From NCBI RefSeq assembly GCF_036321535.1, contig NC_087437.1, forward strand, positions 90,150,001-90,214,000: 64,000 bases of DNA, given 5' to 3'. This DNA comes from Camelus dromedarius (lineage: Eukaryota). Position numbers and translations under genes: made by a program. A model generated the notes under the pieces. The model had not been told where the DNA came from, ran no database searches, and saw nothing but the letters and a program-made list of their open reading frames with translations. Positions 24,770-37,274 of the stretch are shown piece by piece. The stretch's first letter is position 1. Every line of letters starts with the position of its first letter.

Positions 24770-24980
24770 CAATGGTTTTCAAGAGGGTGAGTTGGCTCCT
24801 GAAGCGGACATGTTTGCAGACGTTTTTGATTGTCACAGTCGGGGGAGGGGGGGTTGCCACTGGCATCTAGTGGGTAGAGACGAGGGATTCTGCTAAATGT
24901 TCTATAGTGTACAGTTCAGTTTCCCACAGCAAAGGATAATCTAGACGAAAATGCCAACAGTGTTAGGTTGAGATACCTTA
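24770..24980 (+). mobile_element. MER20 hAT-Charlie DNA transposon (near full length)
   Basis: 'caatggttttcaa...gacgtttttgattgtcacag...gccactggcatctagtgggtagagacgagggattctgctaaa...aggttgagatacctta'. 8-bp flanks GTTTACAG / GACTACAG (6 of 8) fit a hAT TSD. Confidence 0.92.
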
Positions 24981-25344
24981 GACTACAGTACCCCCTAAAA
25001 ATGCATTTGAATTGTAAAAGGATAAGAACTGGCCCCAGAAACTACTGAGAAGTCAGAGAGATCTGAGTTCACTCTGTCAGGCTGCCCTTCCTCCATTTGA
25101 TGGTACAGCCTGAGTTCTCATCCTGGTTTGCATCCTGTCTTGTCAGTCTTCCTGAATGTAACTTGCTTCCTTAAGTCCACTTTTCACCTTATGGATAGTG
25201 GTTAATAACTTTAAATAATGCAATCTGTACTGGATTTTTTGCCATTGATACTCTGTATCTCTTTGGAGAGTAGACGTGGCATTTTCCTGCATTGTCCTGC
25301 CTTCCAGGCTCTGAAATATGAGTGCATTTTAACATAATTCTTGG

Positions 25345-25570
25345 GAAGGTATTATAATATAGGTGAACAGTTATGGGAGTAAGACAGACAGGGTTAAATT
25401 TCTAGTTTTGCCATTTATCAGCTACATGATACTGGAGAATTTGAGTTTTTGTTTGCAATATGTGTAAAGTGATTCCTTCCCAATAAGATTGGTGGGATAA
25501 CTGAATAAAACACTATGTGTTTAAAATAATAGGCTATAATGGGTACTCAGTAATCAATGTTAATTTTCTT
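25345..25570 (+). mobile_element. MIR SINE
   Basis: 'ggagtaagacagacagggttaaatttctagttttgccatttatcagctacatga' and tail 'gggtactcagtaatcaatgttaatt'. Confidence 0.7.
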
Positions 25571-26449
25571 ACTTTTGAAAGATGGTCTGAATCCAAAGAA
25601 TGATTCCAATAATAAGAATTTGGTGAAAGTTAGGTGGAAGAAATATAAATAATTATGTGAAAGGTAGTAGGAATATATATTCAAAGGTGAGTCAGAGAGA
25701 CACATATATTAAAATGTTTTTTTGCCTTCTGTGATACTTGATTTCTACAGTAAGTCATTTTTCCCCCTGAGTTTGGCTGTGATTTCTATAAATTGGTACT
25801 GAGAGTGATAGAGAGTGCTGACAAACCATATTTTAAAAATTAAGCCAGTAATGACTACCTCACTCTTATTTTTAGGGTATTTTTTCCAAATATGTTGAAG
25901 TCTATGTGAAATAAAACAGAGTATTTAGTTGAAAAAACTAGAATAAAATATTAAAATTTAAAGTGATCTCAATGCAATTATAAAATTGAAAAAACCTTTT
26001 CCAATAGCCTCATTAATCACAGAAAAGCTTGTGCTAACTAATCCCTGTACTCTGTGCCATCAGAGAGTAGAATGTCACTGATACCATGAATCCTCTGACT
26101 CAGTTTATTTTTAAATCAATTTTGTAGAATTTTGGCTTGGAGAAACCATTTAACATTTTCCAACATTTTTGCTTAATTTTGTATTTATAAATAATTGTTT
26201 TCTGTCACTGTGTCAAATGCCCCTTTCAGAGGCGTCATAAAATAGTAGGGGTTCCATGTAACAGTTGTAAAATAAAAGTCAATACAAATGTCAAGTTGAA
26301 CAGAAAACTAAAGCATCTGAACATGCCCAGTTGCCCTGTTTCTACCTGTGCTCTAGAATCCTTAGTGCACCTTGCAAAAGAATATTGTGTATGTAATTCT
26401 CTTTCCCATGCCTTGTGGGCTACTAAAAGTCAAGAACTTATATCTTATA

Positions 26450-26600
26450 GGTCTTCAAAATGCAGATCCCATCATCTTATTCCACTACAGAAAATCTTTT
26501 TCTACTTTCCAATTGCCAAAATACCAGAGTCCCTCTCAGGCCTGCAGACTGTGCATGTGGGCTGGCCCTGGACTAACTCCATCTGCTCTTCACTGTCTCC
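26450..26600 (+). mobile_element. L2 fragment (upstream part of the element resuming at ~27200)
   Basis: 'cttcaaaatgcagatcccatcatcttattccactacagaaaatc...gggctggccctggactaactccatc' resembles L2 'aaaatgcaaatctgatcatgtcactcccctgcttaaaa...ctggcccctgcctacctc'. Confidence 0.55.
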
Positions 26601-27199
26601 TGGAGCTCTGGGTACCAACCACCCTGATGGTTTCTCAGTTGATAGGGGGTGCTCTGCTCCATCACACCACAGCTCTTTCTCTACCACCCCTTAGTATTTT
26701 TTTTCCTTATGCTCTTCTCCATGCTAATTCTCAATCATTCCTCAAGACTGATTGTAGAATTCAATTGGTTGCAGAGGAAGACATCCCTGAACACTGTGGC
26801 CCTAGAACACTCCTATCTAGCTTGCTCTTGCTGTATCTTCTGTTGAAATATTCTGATAATATATCTACCTACCCACTATATAGATTGTTGTTGAGGGTTG
26901 GCAGAGAATCTATTCAAATTCTGACTTAATAACCATTTATTTTTCCATATAAGACATGTTCCACAGTATTAGAATGAATTCTTTATTTAGAACATGCTTT
27001 GAAAATGACCTATTCAGTGGATTACAGCACTCATACCTCCACTTAGGTTTAGCCTTGACTCTTTTTTTTTTTTTTTTTTTGGACCAGATGTCTTATTTCC
27101 AACTCATGTTATGACAAAAATGGAACTTGGGCAGCAGTTGTCCAGTTTGTCCAGAGCAAGTTGGGTAAATTAATAACTAGCTCTCTGTTTTCCTTCTGT

Positions 27200-27538
27200 A
27201 TAAACCACAGCAGCCCTTTCACTGTTTCTCAAAAACAATAGACCCACTCTTTACTTGGGTCTTACCACTTGTTGAAATACTTTCCTCTGTTACCACATGG
27301 CTTTATTCAAAAGCCACTCTGCATTATATTACAACTCCACCTTTCCCTGTTCTATTCCCTCTTTACCTCTTACCACAATCACTATACTACATATGTGACT
27401 CACTTACCATGTTTTATCATCTACATACCTGCTACAGTTCAAGTTTCTTGAGTAATGTGAACTTTAATTGCTTTGTTTCTGCACTCAGGATAGTACTTGG
27501 CACATAGTAAATACTCAATAAACTCTTATTAAATAAAA
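27200..27538 (+). mobile_element. L2 3' end
   Basis: Ends 'aggatagtacttggcacatagtaaatactcaataaactcttattaaataaa', a canonical L2 terminus. Confidence 0.8.
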
Positions 27539-27799
27539 CACATTTTTTAAAAGCCTGAATAAAATTTCTTATTAAATTATACTGAAAGAAACTAGTCCAA
27601 TTTGTCTGAGGTCAAGAATCTACAAAGTCGGTTTAACATTTCTGAATTTAACAAAAAAATGGGCTTGCCTTTCTCACTCTGTTTGGTATTTTTTATACAA
27701 TGACATATGTATGTAAAATACACATGTGCACACAAAACCATGTACACATACTTATTTTTTCACCTGTGCAATAGACTGTACTTTTGTTTGATATATTTT

Positions 27800-28255
27800 T
27801 GTCACTGAGTAGGACTCTGCAGGACTTCCTGGAAGAGACTCCCCCCATATCCTCTGCTGTAGCTCCTCTCTGAAGCATCCAGATAATAGTATCTCCTATA
27901 TATATTCTGAGTTTCTCAGACGCTAAATACCAACACCAAATGGAAGAAATTAACTACTTAATGATCATGAGCACATGGCCCCAAGACCTTGACTGGTGAC
28001 TTGGGATTTATAGTGTTGATTGCCCTGTTACCTCAATCAACCAATCAGAGAATTGTGCACGAACTGATATGTGACCCCACACTCCCTTACTGGGCCTTTA
28101 AAAATGCTCAGCTGAAACCCTTCAGGGAGTTTGGGGTTTTCTTGGACATGAGCCACCCCATTCTCCTTGGTTGGCCTTTCAATGCTCCAAACTCCAACAT
28201 TTTGGTTTGTTTGGCCTCACGGTGCGTCAGGCACACGAACTTGAGTTTGGTAACA
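27800..28255 (+). mobile_element. Solo ERV1-class LTR (~456 bp)
   Basis: Termini TGTCAC...GGTAACA with 4-bp TSD TTTT/TTTT. CCAAT box 'aaccaatcag' near 28040, TATA-like 'tttaaaaa' near 28097, U5-like 'gtttgtttggcctcacggtgcgtcaggcacacgaacttg'. Confidence 0.88.
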
Positions 28256-31200
28256 TTTTGAAAAAAGAATAACTATTTGTCTAAAATTTCATATATGAAT
28301 CAAACATTTTCCAAATATTGATTAATTTAGCCACTAGAGAATTAATTATTATATGCCATTCTACCTAAAAATAAAAACCTCTTTTCATTATATCACATAG
28401 TTGGTTACAAATAAAGACATATTTTAAAAGTTGATATGCCCAATTCTGTAAATCTGTTTTATTCCTGATTCATGGTCTCCTTCTAAAATATCACATTGGA
28501 AAGTAAAGGATAATATTTGTACTTAGATTTAATTAAGAAAAATGTACACATGTGGTTATGCATAATCATCTCTCTTCTTAGAGCCTAAACTAATTTAATG
28601 TTTATTGAAATGAAAAGTTAAATATTCTCACTTTTCTTTGAAACAAAGTGAACATTTTTATTTGTATAATTCAAATACTCCAATTATTATAAAACAGGAT
28701 AAGTGATTTATTGCTTAATCCTTCACTAATTTCTAATGCACTGATTTGCAAATAGAATTTTTAAAAAATTGTGTATAAAGAAAAAAATAAGCAAGAAAGA
28801 TATCTAATGAAGATGCTTTACTTTGACATACAAATCAAATTACATAGAAATATTATGGCCAAAGATATTTTGAAATGAGTGTAACCTAGGGGGAAAAAAA
28901 GATCTAAGGAAAAAGAAACCAAAAAGTCCTAAATAATGACTCACTATGATAAAATAACATTGAAAAAAATACTTGATGCCAAAAAACCAAATAGAATTCA
29001 TTAAGCTGAAAAACAAAGGACAAAACTATTTCCTTGAAGCTCTGAAACTATGCTCATTTATATGCGAAGGGAGGAGTGAGAGATGAAGTTGAAGGGACAA
29101 GAACAGAGATGAAGGAAACATAAAAATTATAGAGACAATTGTCATTTTTATAAAGTTTCCTACAATGCAATTCAGAGGTAGGTGACTGCATAACTGGGAT
29201 TCTTTCCTGAAGGGTTCTAATACAGTGGACTCCTATTGCATGTTTCTTCTCAGTTATAAAAGCCACTGACTTCGAGTTTGCTAAGGAAAGACTGAACTTT
29301 GGAATTCTTCTAGTCCATGGAACATACCTTGTCTCCTCAATTCTTTAAAGCATAAAAAATAAGCAAATATATTAAAACACTATTATCTAGAAAAAAATAA
29401 TAGACAGAACAAATTATTTTATTAGAAGATCCCTAAGACTAGATTAGCACACACTCTAGAGAAGATCAAGTGGAAAATGTTCACTGTGGAGAGAGAAATG
29501 TTCAAGAACTCATATGTGTTAAAAAAAAACAACAAAACTCGGTGTAGACTGTCTTAAAAAAACTTCTATTTAAGGACTCAGTGGTACTAAATTAAAATTT
29601 CTGTAAAGCTTAGCATGACTCTGTGAGCAGCAGCATAGCACACTGTCTGTCCCTTTGAGGAAGAACAATTCAAGTGTATTACTAACCCGAACCACATGGA
29701 TGCAGTTGGTCCAGAGAATACAGCATTATTTGAAAAGCTAAGTTGGATTTGACATGGTCAGTCATTTTAGACAAAAGGTGATTTTTCTTTTTACATCACA
29801 AAATTATAAATATCAAAAAGCCTCTTTTTTGGGGGGGATGGGGAGTCTAGATAGTATGGAAGCAAAATTAGCATGTTACCCTCCTGCCATTGTGAGTCTG
29901 TATGTCACCTTCTAAATCAGGAAGTAAGAAAACCACAACAACAAGATCAACACCTATGAAACTCTGAGAAAAACAAAAATTAATTAAGTCAGCGCTGATT
30001 CCCCAAATGAATAAAACTGTGAGGTGAACTTTTAAGCTTGAATCCTCAATTAAAACCACATGTATCCCTGACTTTAAAATGTGATAACCATACATGAAAT
30101 TTGATGTTTCCACCATTAACATATGAATGCAAACTTGTTAGCTTAAATAATCTTGCAGTTATTTTCTTACATTTTACTTGGCAAGACAGTTCTACTAAAG
30201 TCAGACTCACAACTTAAAAAGAAGTAGACGCTGTTGTTTTCTAAATGGGTTTGCCTTCAGGTGTTATTTTCATAATACAGAAAATGATAACACTTAATCA
30301 ATTTGCATAAATTCTATAAAGTTATCTTGGATATACCAGACGTATCATTATTAGATGTCCTATAGTGCTTTAATTCCTAACCTGTCAAGAACCATTCAAA
30401 TTATACAGTCAAATATGGGAGTTACATGTACTTTTATATCAAGGGATAAAAAGTCATACACTTGTATCTGCTTTATGTGTTTAAGCAGATAATCAAAGTC
30501 AACTTTGAGATATAGCTTATGCAGTATTTCTAAAAACTACCATGATACAAATTTTAGGATATACAAATTACATAAATACATGCACGCACGCACAATCTTT
30601 CCACTATTTTTCTAACAGTAAATATGCAAGGAAATCAGTGACCCACAAGCTAGGCAAAACTGTCTCCACAATTTTCATACAGTCTCTCTTGAAAAAATAA
30701 TCCCACCCGAGAGAACGATATTCTAAATCGCATTTTAAATGGCGCCACTCAAATACAGCCAGCGTCAGGCCTTGAACGCGTTAGCTCACTTAGAAGCACT
30801 TTCCCAAGTTTTCAGGACTAGACATACTTGCCAGCTGAGCAATTCCTGCATTCCCTCAGCCTGTGCAGTAAACTTTACAAATGTGGGAAGGATGCTCCTG
30901 TCAGGTCTTCCCTGGGCAGCTTTTCAGAGTCTGTGTGTGCCCTGATCAAATGAGCAGGTGGTTAAATACTCAAGGTCACCTGAGGGACAAAGTGGAACGT
31001 GGCTGATGGAAAAATAGAGAGAATAGGAAGAAAAGTGCAGCAAGACTTTACTATTTTTTTACCAATATACGCCCCTTCAACAACCTGAAGAAGAACCAGT
31101 TTTGCTTTACCTATAAGTTATGCCTATTCTGATGTGATATCATTCTGATGTCCTTGCCTGAACAGAGCACATGCTAATTCTAAAATATGAAACATTTTCC

Positions 31201-33723
31201 TCCACTGTGGTAAGCAACACCAGCTGGTAGGAACACCTCTTAAGTTCAATCAAAAACTCTTTAACTTGGCAAAGATAATCCTTTTTCTTAGTTCAATCAT
31301 GCCAAATTTAGAAATATTTTATTTGAGTAAGCAGCTGGAATATGATTCATCAAATAATCAATAGATTTAATGCATGTATGTATCAAATGTTCACACACTC
31401 TTCTGAGAAATGTACTGAGTGATAAACATGAAAAGGTAGAAACAGCCTATTACATCAAATACTCACTTCAGCATAACTTAGCTTTGCCTTTAAAAAATTA
31501 TTTTTTGAGAAAAAAAATTTTCCTTGTTCTTTGAAAATATTTTCCATTTGATCATAGCTACATGCAAAATATTGCAACATTCTTTCCACACTAACTCATG
31601 CTTCAAGTAAATACCCTTGTTTTAAGTCGCTCCTTGTCCCATAGGGAAACATCAACCCATCTTTCAAAACAAGAAGCCACCTCTTCCATGAAGTGGGAAA
31701 ATTATCTATTCCCCCTTTCCCATTTTCCCTTGCTAATAACCCAAACTTTCTTGTCCCAGAGAATGGGTACAGTCTTGCCTCCCTGCTGAAGTGAATACTC
31801 TGTGAGGGTACAAATACAGCAGACTCCCCTTTCCACGTTCAGACTCTAATTTATATTAAATGCACAGTATTTTTGAACTTCTGAATGATGTAACTGAATA
31901 AGTGATAGATAGATACTACATAAAGGTTAATTCAGTGTTGTTAGGAATGAGAAAATAAAAGAGTAAGAAGTTTGGGGGGAAGATAATTGAGTAGAAGTAT
32001 ATTAAGGAAAGATGCAAAAAAAACCTGGCTGTTGGGGGTTGTGAAGTAAACTAGGAATAAAGCAAAGTATGAAGGAAAATGACAATCTTATCAAAAAGAA
32101 GGATAGGTTACATATTTGATTTTGTGAATACTGATTTCAAAAGTGGCCTCATTATTAGACATGTACTTTGTTTTGAAAGGAAATTACATTGACATGAACA
32201 TAATTTGTAGTCATTTTGGATATGAAACAAATTCATATAGCAGAGGTATGAAAGCATTTACTGGATACCACTTGAGAACCAAATCTTCTAGTCTCATACT
32301 CAGCCCAGACATAAGAACTGAAACCACATCTTACTGTCAACATTAACATGATTTTGTGCTAATCTCCTGTCTTAGTTATCTTGACTTTATTCTTCCAGAG
32401 TCTTCTGCCCAGGCAAAGGGTTTGACTGTTCAATTTTTGTTTTAAACAAACATTTTTTGGAAATGTCCAATTTTCAATAAATTCTGACCTTATCTTCCCC
32501 AACTCTAAGACATTATCTACTATCTAGGTTTTGTTCTGTTTTGTGTTCTCCCTCACCACTTTTGTCTTATCTTCTTATCAACAAGTTGCATTGGTGATAT
32601 TTAAGGAGTAAGCTTTTGACATATTCAACTTAGGTTGTATATTCAAGTGGACACTTGTTTGTCCTCAGCCAAAAACAAAAGCAATCAAAGAAAGAAAACT
32701 GAAGACAGTCATTCTGAGGAACTTATAGGAACATTTCTTTTCCCCTGTTCAGTGCTGAAAGTAAACATAGATTGTGGAAGAAGACAGAAAAGGGAAGAGG
32801 AGGCAATGAGAAGGAGCGAGGCTTTAAAAATAAACACCCAGGATAAACATCAGTGAAGCTAGTTTCAGCTGTACCCAGGTTCACATGCAAACACGTTAAG
32901 AAACAGAAAAGATTGGTGTTGGCAAGAAGACAACTTCATTCCATTTAACTGTTTCATTTATGGTTAAATCTCTGGACGCTGAACCTTAATAAATGCTGAG
33001 AGGCTGTGTGAAGAGAAAACAATCTCTAGACGCTTAAAAGAGCGATTGAAATCTCTGAATAGGAGATAAAAGATGCCATTTAGGACAGTGTAGGTAATGA
33101 TTGCATTACAAATGTCTTGACAGAGATGTCCAGAACAGAGTCCATAGTAGGTAGCTCTGAAAATGCAAGATTACACAGAAAATTATGATTATAAAAAAGG
33201 ACATTGAATGACTCTTGTTATCACAGCAAATACTAGCATGTGTGTAATAGGGCAAGTGTTTTTTTTCTTTGTATTCTCTGTCTTTGAATCAAATCAGTTG
33301 AAGAAAGATACTGAAGTATATTGGAAGAATAAGAAAGTATTTTTCTGTATGTATAAAATTATATTATTTACAAAGAAATAGAATATTTGAAAATCTATTT
33401 AAAATACTCTCTCTTGAGTAGGGTTAAATCTTTTCACAAATTTTTGTATTAATAAGACCTAGTCATTTTTCAAGTTTATAGGTAAAACTCTCATCCTTTA
33501 ACCTCTGATTGCCTAATTCTAACTGAGCTTGTTGGTATCTAAATATTTCACAGGGCTTATTGTCATACACACAGGGTCAAACACTTGACCAGCAATTCAT
33601 AAAGTAGGATGGACCTCTGAGTGTACATTTTGTCTTACTGTATTTAAAGATGCTCATTGGAAAGCAACTTCACTACTAAAAGCTGATATCCCTAGAGGCT
33701 TACACGGATTTCCTGTGCTAAGA

Positions 33724-34260
33724 TGTGATGGTTAATTTTACTTGTCACTTAACTGGGCCATGTGATGCCCAGATACTGGGTCAAACATAATTCTCGGTAT
33801 TTCTGTGAGGGTGACTTGGATGAGATTAACATTTAAATTGGTTGACTGAGTTAAGCAAAGTGCCCTCCATAATAAGGGTAAATCTAATCCTACCAGTTGA
33901 AAGCCTGAATATTAAAAAAAAGCCTGAATAACAGAATACTTTCTGTCTAATGACCTTTAGAGTGAGATGTGGGCTTTTTTCTGCCTTCTGACTAAACTAA
34001 AACATCAGCTTTCCTGGGTCTTGAACCTGCTGATCTTTGTACTGGAACTACATCATCAGATCTCCTGGTTCTCCAGCTTGCCAACTCACCAGCCCCCATG
34101 ATTGTGTGAGCTAATTCCTTAAAATAAAGTGCTCTCTCTCCCTCTCTCTTTCTCTCGCTTCTCCTCGCTCCCTCCATATATATACATGGATATATAAATA
34201 TGGATATATATACACCTTCTGTTGGTTTTATTTTTCTGGAGAACCGTGACTATTAATAAA
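33724..34260 (+). mobile_element. MLT2 (ERVL) solo LTR
   Basis: Starts 'tgtgatggttaattttacttgtcacttaactgggcca...gcccagat'. Has 'attgtgtgagctaattccttaaaataaa', an internal (CT)n/(TA)n tract, and ends 'ctgttggttttatttttctggagaaccgtgacta'. 5-bp flanks TAAGA/TAAAA. Confidence 0.92.
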
Positions 34261-35019
34261 TAAAATCAATTAACAGAGAACTTCAAATTTAAACTAATTC
34301 ACACTATTTGGTAAAAGACTAGTTGTTAACAATTGAGCTAGCGTAAATCAAGACAGAGAAGGCAGATCTCAGAGTGAATGGGGACAAAACTCATCACTTC
34401 TGACAACATTAGAGAGAACAAGGGGAACAGGGCACTTCTGCAGTTGGTTGGGGCCTGCAGCACAGCTGGTAACAACATGATACATACAAAGGAGATAGCG
34501 GGATGTAGGAAAAAGAAGGTGAAGATGTTAGGAAAGGCTAAAAGATGACAAGGATTCATTAGAAGCGGAAGCCAGTAGAACCTGATGTCTGCTTTCCTTA
34601 GTTTATAACCTTGCCTGACAACATCCTGACTTAGAGGTAACTCCCTGGAAGGAAATGGTCTTGAAGATACAGAGGGAAATGCTTTCTCATTTTCACAGTA
34701 AAAGATCCTCATCTATTTCCAGGCTTCATAACTCCTCTGGACCTGGGCCTGCGGGTAGAGGCGTCCGTGCCCTACAGCCTAGGGCACACTTAGTAGATCA
34801 GTACGACAGTCATTGCAATATAGTAGTTAGGATTTTTATATAATTTTAAAGCACCAGGAAATAATGGAGTTAAGATTTGGAACTGTCTTAGAAAGATTTA
34901 GAGTTTATAGTCCTTGCTCCAGTAGCCTTTATCCAACATCTCTACTCAGTTTTGACAGCGAGCTTTCTCCCTGTGCACATGGGGACCCACGTCTGCTTAT
35001 TGAAGCACGACTTAGTCAA

Positions 35020-35210
35020 ACGGCATGAACTGTCGAAGAATACAATTTTGAGTTTGAATCCTAGCATGGCCACTTTATCTCCGTATAACATTGGACTATT
35101 TATTTTACCTTGTTTTTCAGTCTCTGCATTTTTAAAATGTGGGTAATAACATTTCCAATCTTGTTGTAAGCATTAAAGATAGTAGATGAAAATGATGTAG
35201 CAAACAGCAT
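35020..35210 (+). mobile_element. MIR SINE
   Basis: 'gagtttgaatcctagcatggccactt' and 'ttttcagtctctgcatttttaaaatgtgggtaataac...ttgttgtaagcattaaa'. Confidence 0.7.
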
Positions 35211-36157
35211 TTACAGTATCCTGCTCAGCCTAAAGCTTCACTTGGAAGCCCTCTCCCTGTCAAGCTCAGTGTCCTGCCTGAACTCTGCTCCCCAACTCCC
35301 TCACCACAAACCTTTCCATTCTGTGTCATATTGGCAGAAAGCCTGGCTCATTGGTTGATTATGATAACTGAAAAATACTGGCCAAGGTTCTTAATGGCCT
35401 AGAATTTATATCACCTAAATACGATATTTGCACTTCATTTTTAAGAATTTAAATAGATCAATCTGACACAAGCAATGCAATAAAGGTGGTGTCTTAATAA
35501 AACAGGGTAAATAAGGGCTTGGATGTACCTTAAATTATACCATTTACAGCCACCTATTTTATGCAGAGGACCTTTCTTCACTACCAATTGATGTGTGTTG
35601 GGGGGGCACACACGCATATGTGGTTCTAAGAATACAATTGCGTTTTTGAAACATAAATGGCTTTTGTGCTCATGTAAAAGATTCTGGTATACTTAATGTA
35701 AAATAAAAATTTAAGCCTTTAAAAGTGGCACATCCTTTCAACTCAGAAGCATACATTTTTATGACATAAAATCAATTTTCCCTGGTATCTGAAAGTTACC
35801 TGAATGTGGTATTATATACTTTTCTGAAAGTTTGAAATGTTGACATGTACAGTCAACCTTGCTAATTCTCACTCCTCTAATGTAAAATTTTATTAAATCT
35901 CACAATATCCTCCCATGTCTCAGCCCGCTTCCCAGAAACTACTTCAGGAAAGGCTTTTGTAGTAAAACAGTTTAAGAACTGAAATTTTTTAGACACTTCA
36001 AAATGAGTAATTTTTCCTATTCTAAAATAGGATGTATTTAAAACAAATTCTAGACAAAACTTGGACTGTGAGAGTTTGAATAGATGTATTTGTTGTATTG
36101 TCACACACTATCGCCATACCCAATGTGTTAAACAGAGTAAATATTACAAAGGTAAAT

Positions 36158-36250
36158 AAATATATGTATGTGCACGTATGACTGAAACACCAGAAATTGA
36201 CACAATATTGTAAACTGACTATACTTCAATTAAAAAAAAAGAGAAAAAAA
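36158..36250 (+). mobile_element. Very short L1 3' terminus (same family as 12282-14044)
   Basis: 'caccagaaattgacacaatattgtaaactgactatacttcaattaaaaaaaaa' closely matches 14000-14048 of the larger L1. Confidence 0.88.
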
Positions 36251-37274
36251 GTTATGGTACTGTCCTGAAAAACTAGCTACTTGATCTTATTTTTTGTTAA
36301 GATAGTTTGCTTCTCTTAATTTCTTAATGGAATTTTAAAAAGATTATGCCCCAAATTATTGTTATTCCTTAATAAGGAAAATGACTAAATATTACCTCTA
36401 GCTTATAGACAAATTATATCACTTTCCTCCTGTTTTTGCTAAGCTTTAAATTATACACAGTATAAATAATCTGGGTCCTGGTTTAAGTTATTTCTCTCTA
36501 GTGGTAAAATATTGATACTATTTAATTTCAAATTTAGTTTGAGTAGTGGCTTTAATAGCCCACAATATGGAACTGACAGGAGTTGGAAAAATGAACGCAC
36601 ACTTTGTGTTTTTTAATATAAAAAGTTTTTGAAGAACTTAAAAATTTGTGTGTATTATTGTGTCATTTCCCAGGACCTACCCTTTTCCCACTGTTAGATG
36701 ACAACCAATAGTGAATATGTGTAATTTTTTCCCCAAAATTAAATGTAGGAGGAGTAACTAGGACCCACTACCCTTCCTCAATATTATTGTTGTTATTCAA
36801 AAAAAAAAAGTGCTTTATGACAACCATTTCACTATAGATAACAGAACAAACTACAAGTGACTTTTATCTGACCGAGAATCATTATCATGCGTCTTGCCAC
36901 TTGGGCCATTCAAAGTTTTTATTGAAAAATATGTGTGTTTGCATATTGCCTGAAGTGGATATAAACAAAGAAAAAAAAGTGTTTCATCTTATAAGCAGAG
37001 TGTCCTTCTCCTGTGAAAATTTCAAAGTAACACAGTAGCAGATCTATTTGTCTACTTTATTCTCTATAGGAAGTTATTTAAAACGAATTCAAATGGTGGT
37101 GTGAAATTTTCATGGCAACTTATCAGGGAAACTAAGACAGTTTTAATAAAGTGTTCAACACCTTAATTTAAGTGTAGATTTAAATTATAGCTGTGTTTCC
37201 TTTAAACTCAATTTGGTTTTTTGCGTAGTCGGCTGAAATATCTTCTCTATGACTTGATTCCATGATTACTTTTT

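Noticed and set aside
26296..26929. Longest ORF in the window (185 aa) and an overlapping 132-aa ORF
   Set aside because: Both use non-ATG starts and run across L2- and MIR-derived sequence. The peptides are Leu/Ser-rich with no recognisable domain, so they are most likely chance frames.
30301..30308. Isolated octamer ATTTGCAT motifs (also near 2610, 23880, 40784 and 56110)
   Set aside because: The number seen is compatible with chance in AT-rich DNA.
34338..34712. 124-aa minus-strand ORF
   Set aside because: Hydrophobic low-information translation of a purine-rich plus strand, with no domain and no convincing splice sites.
34767..34787. 8-bp hairpin GTGCCCTA-cagcc-TAGGGCAC in a CpG-containing patch
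   Set aside because: A stem this short is expected by chance in 64 kb. It may be a DNA-transposon remnant, but I cannot assign it.
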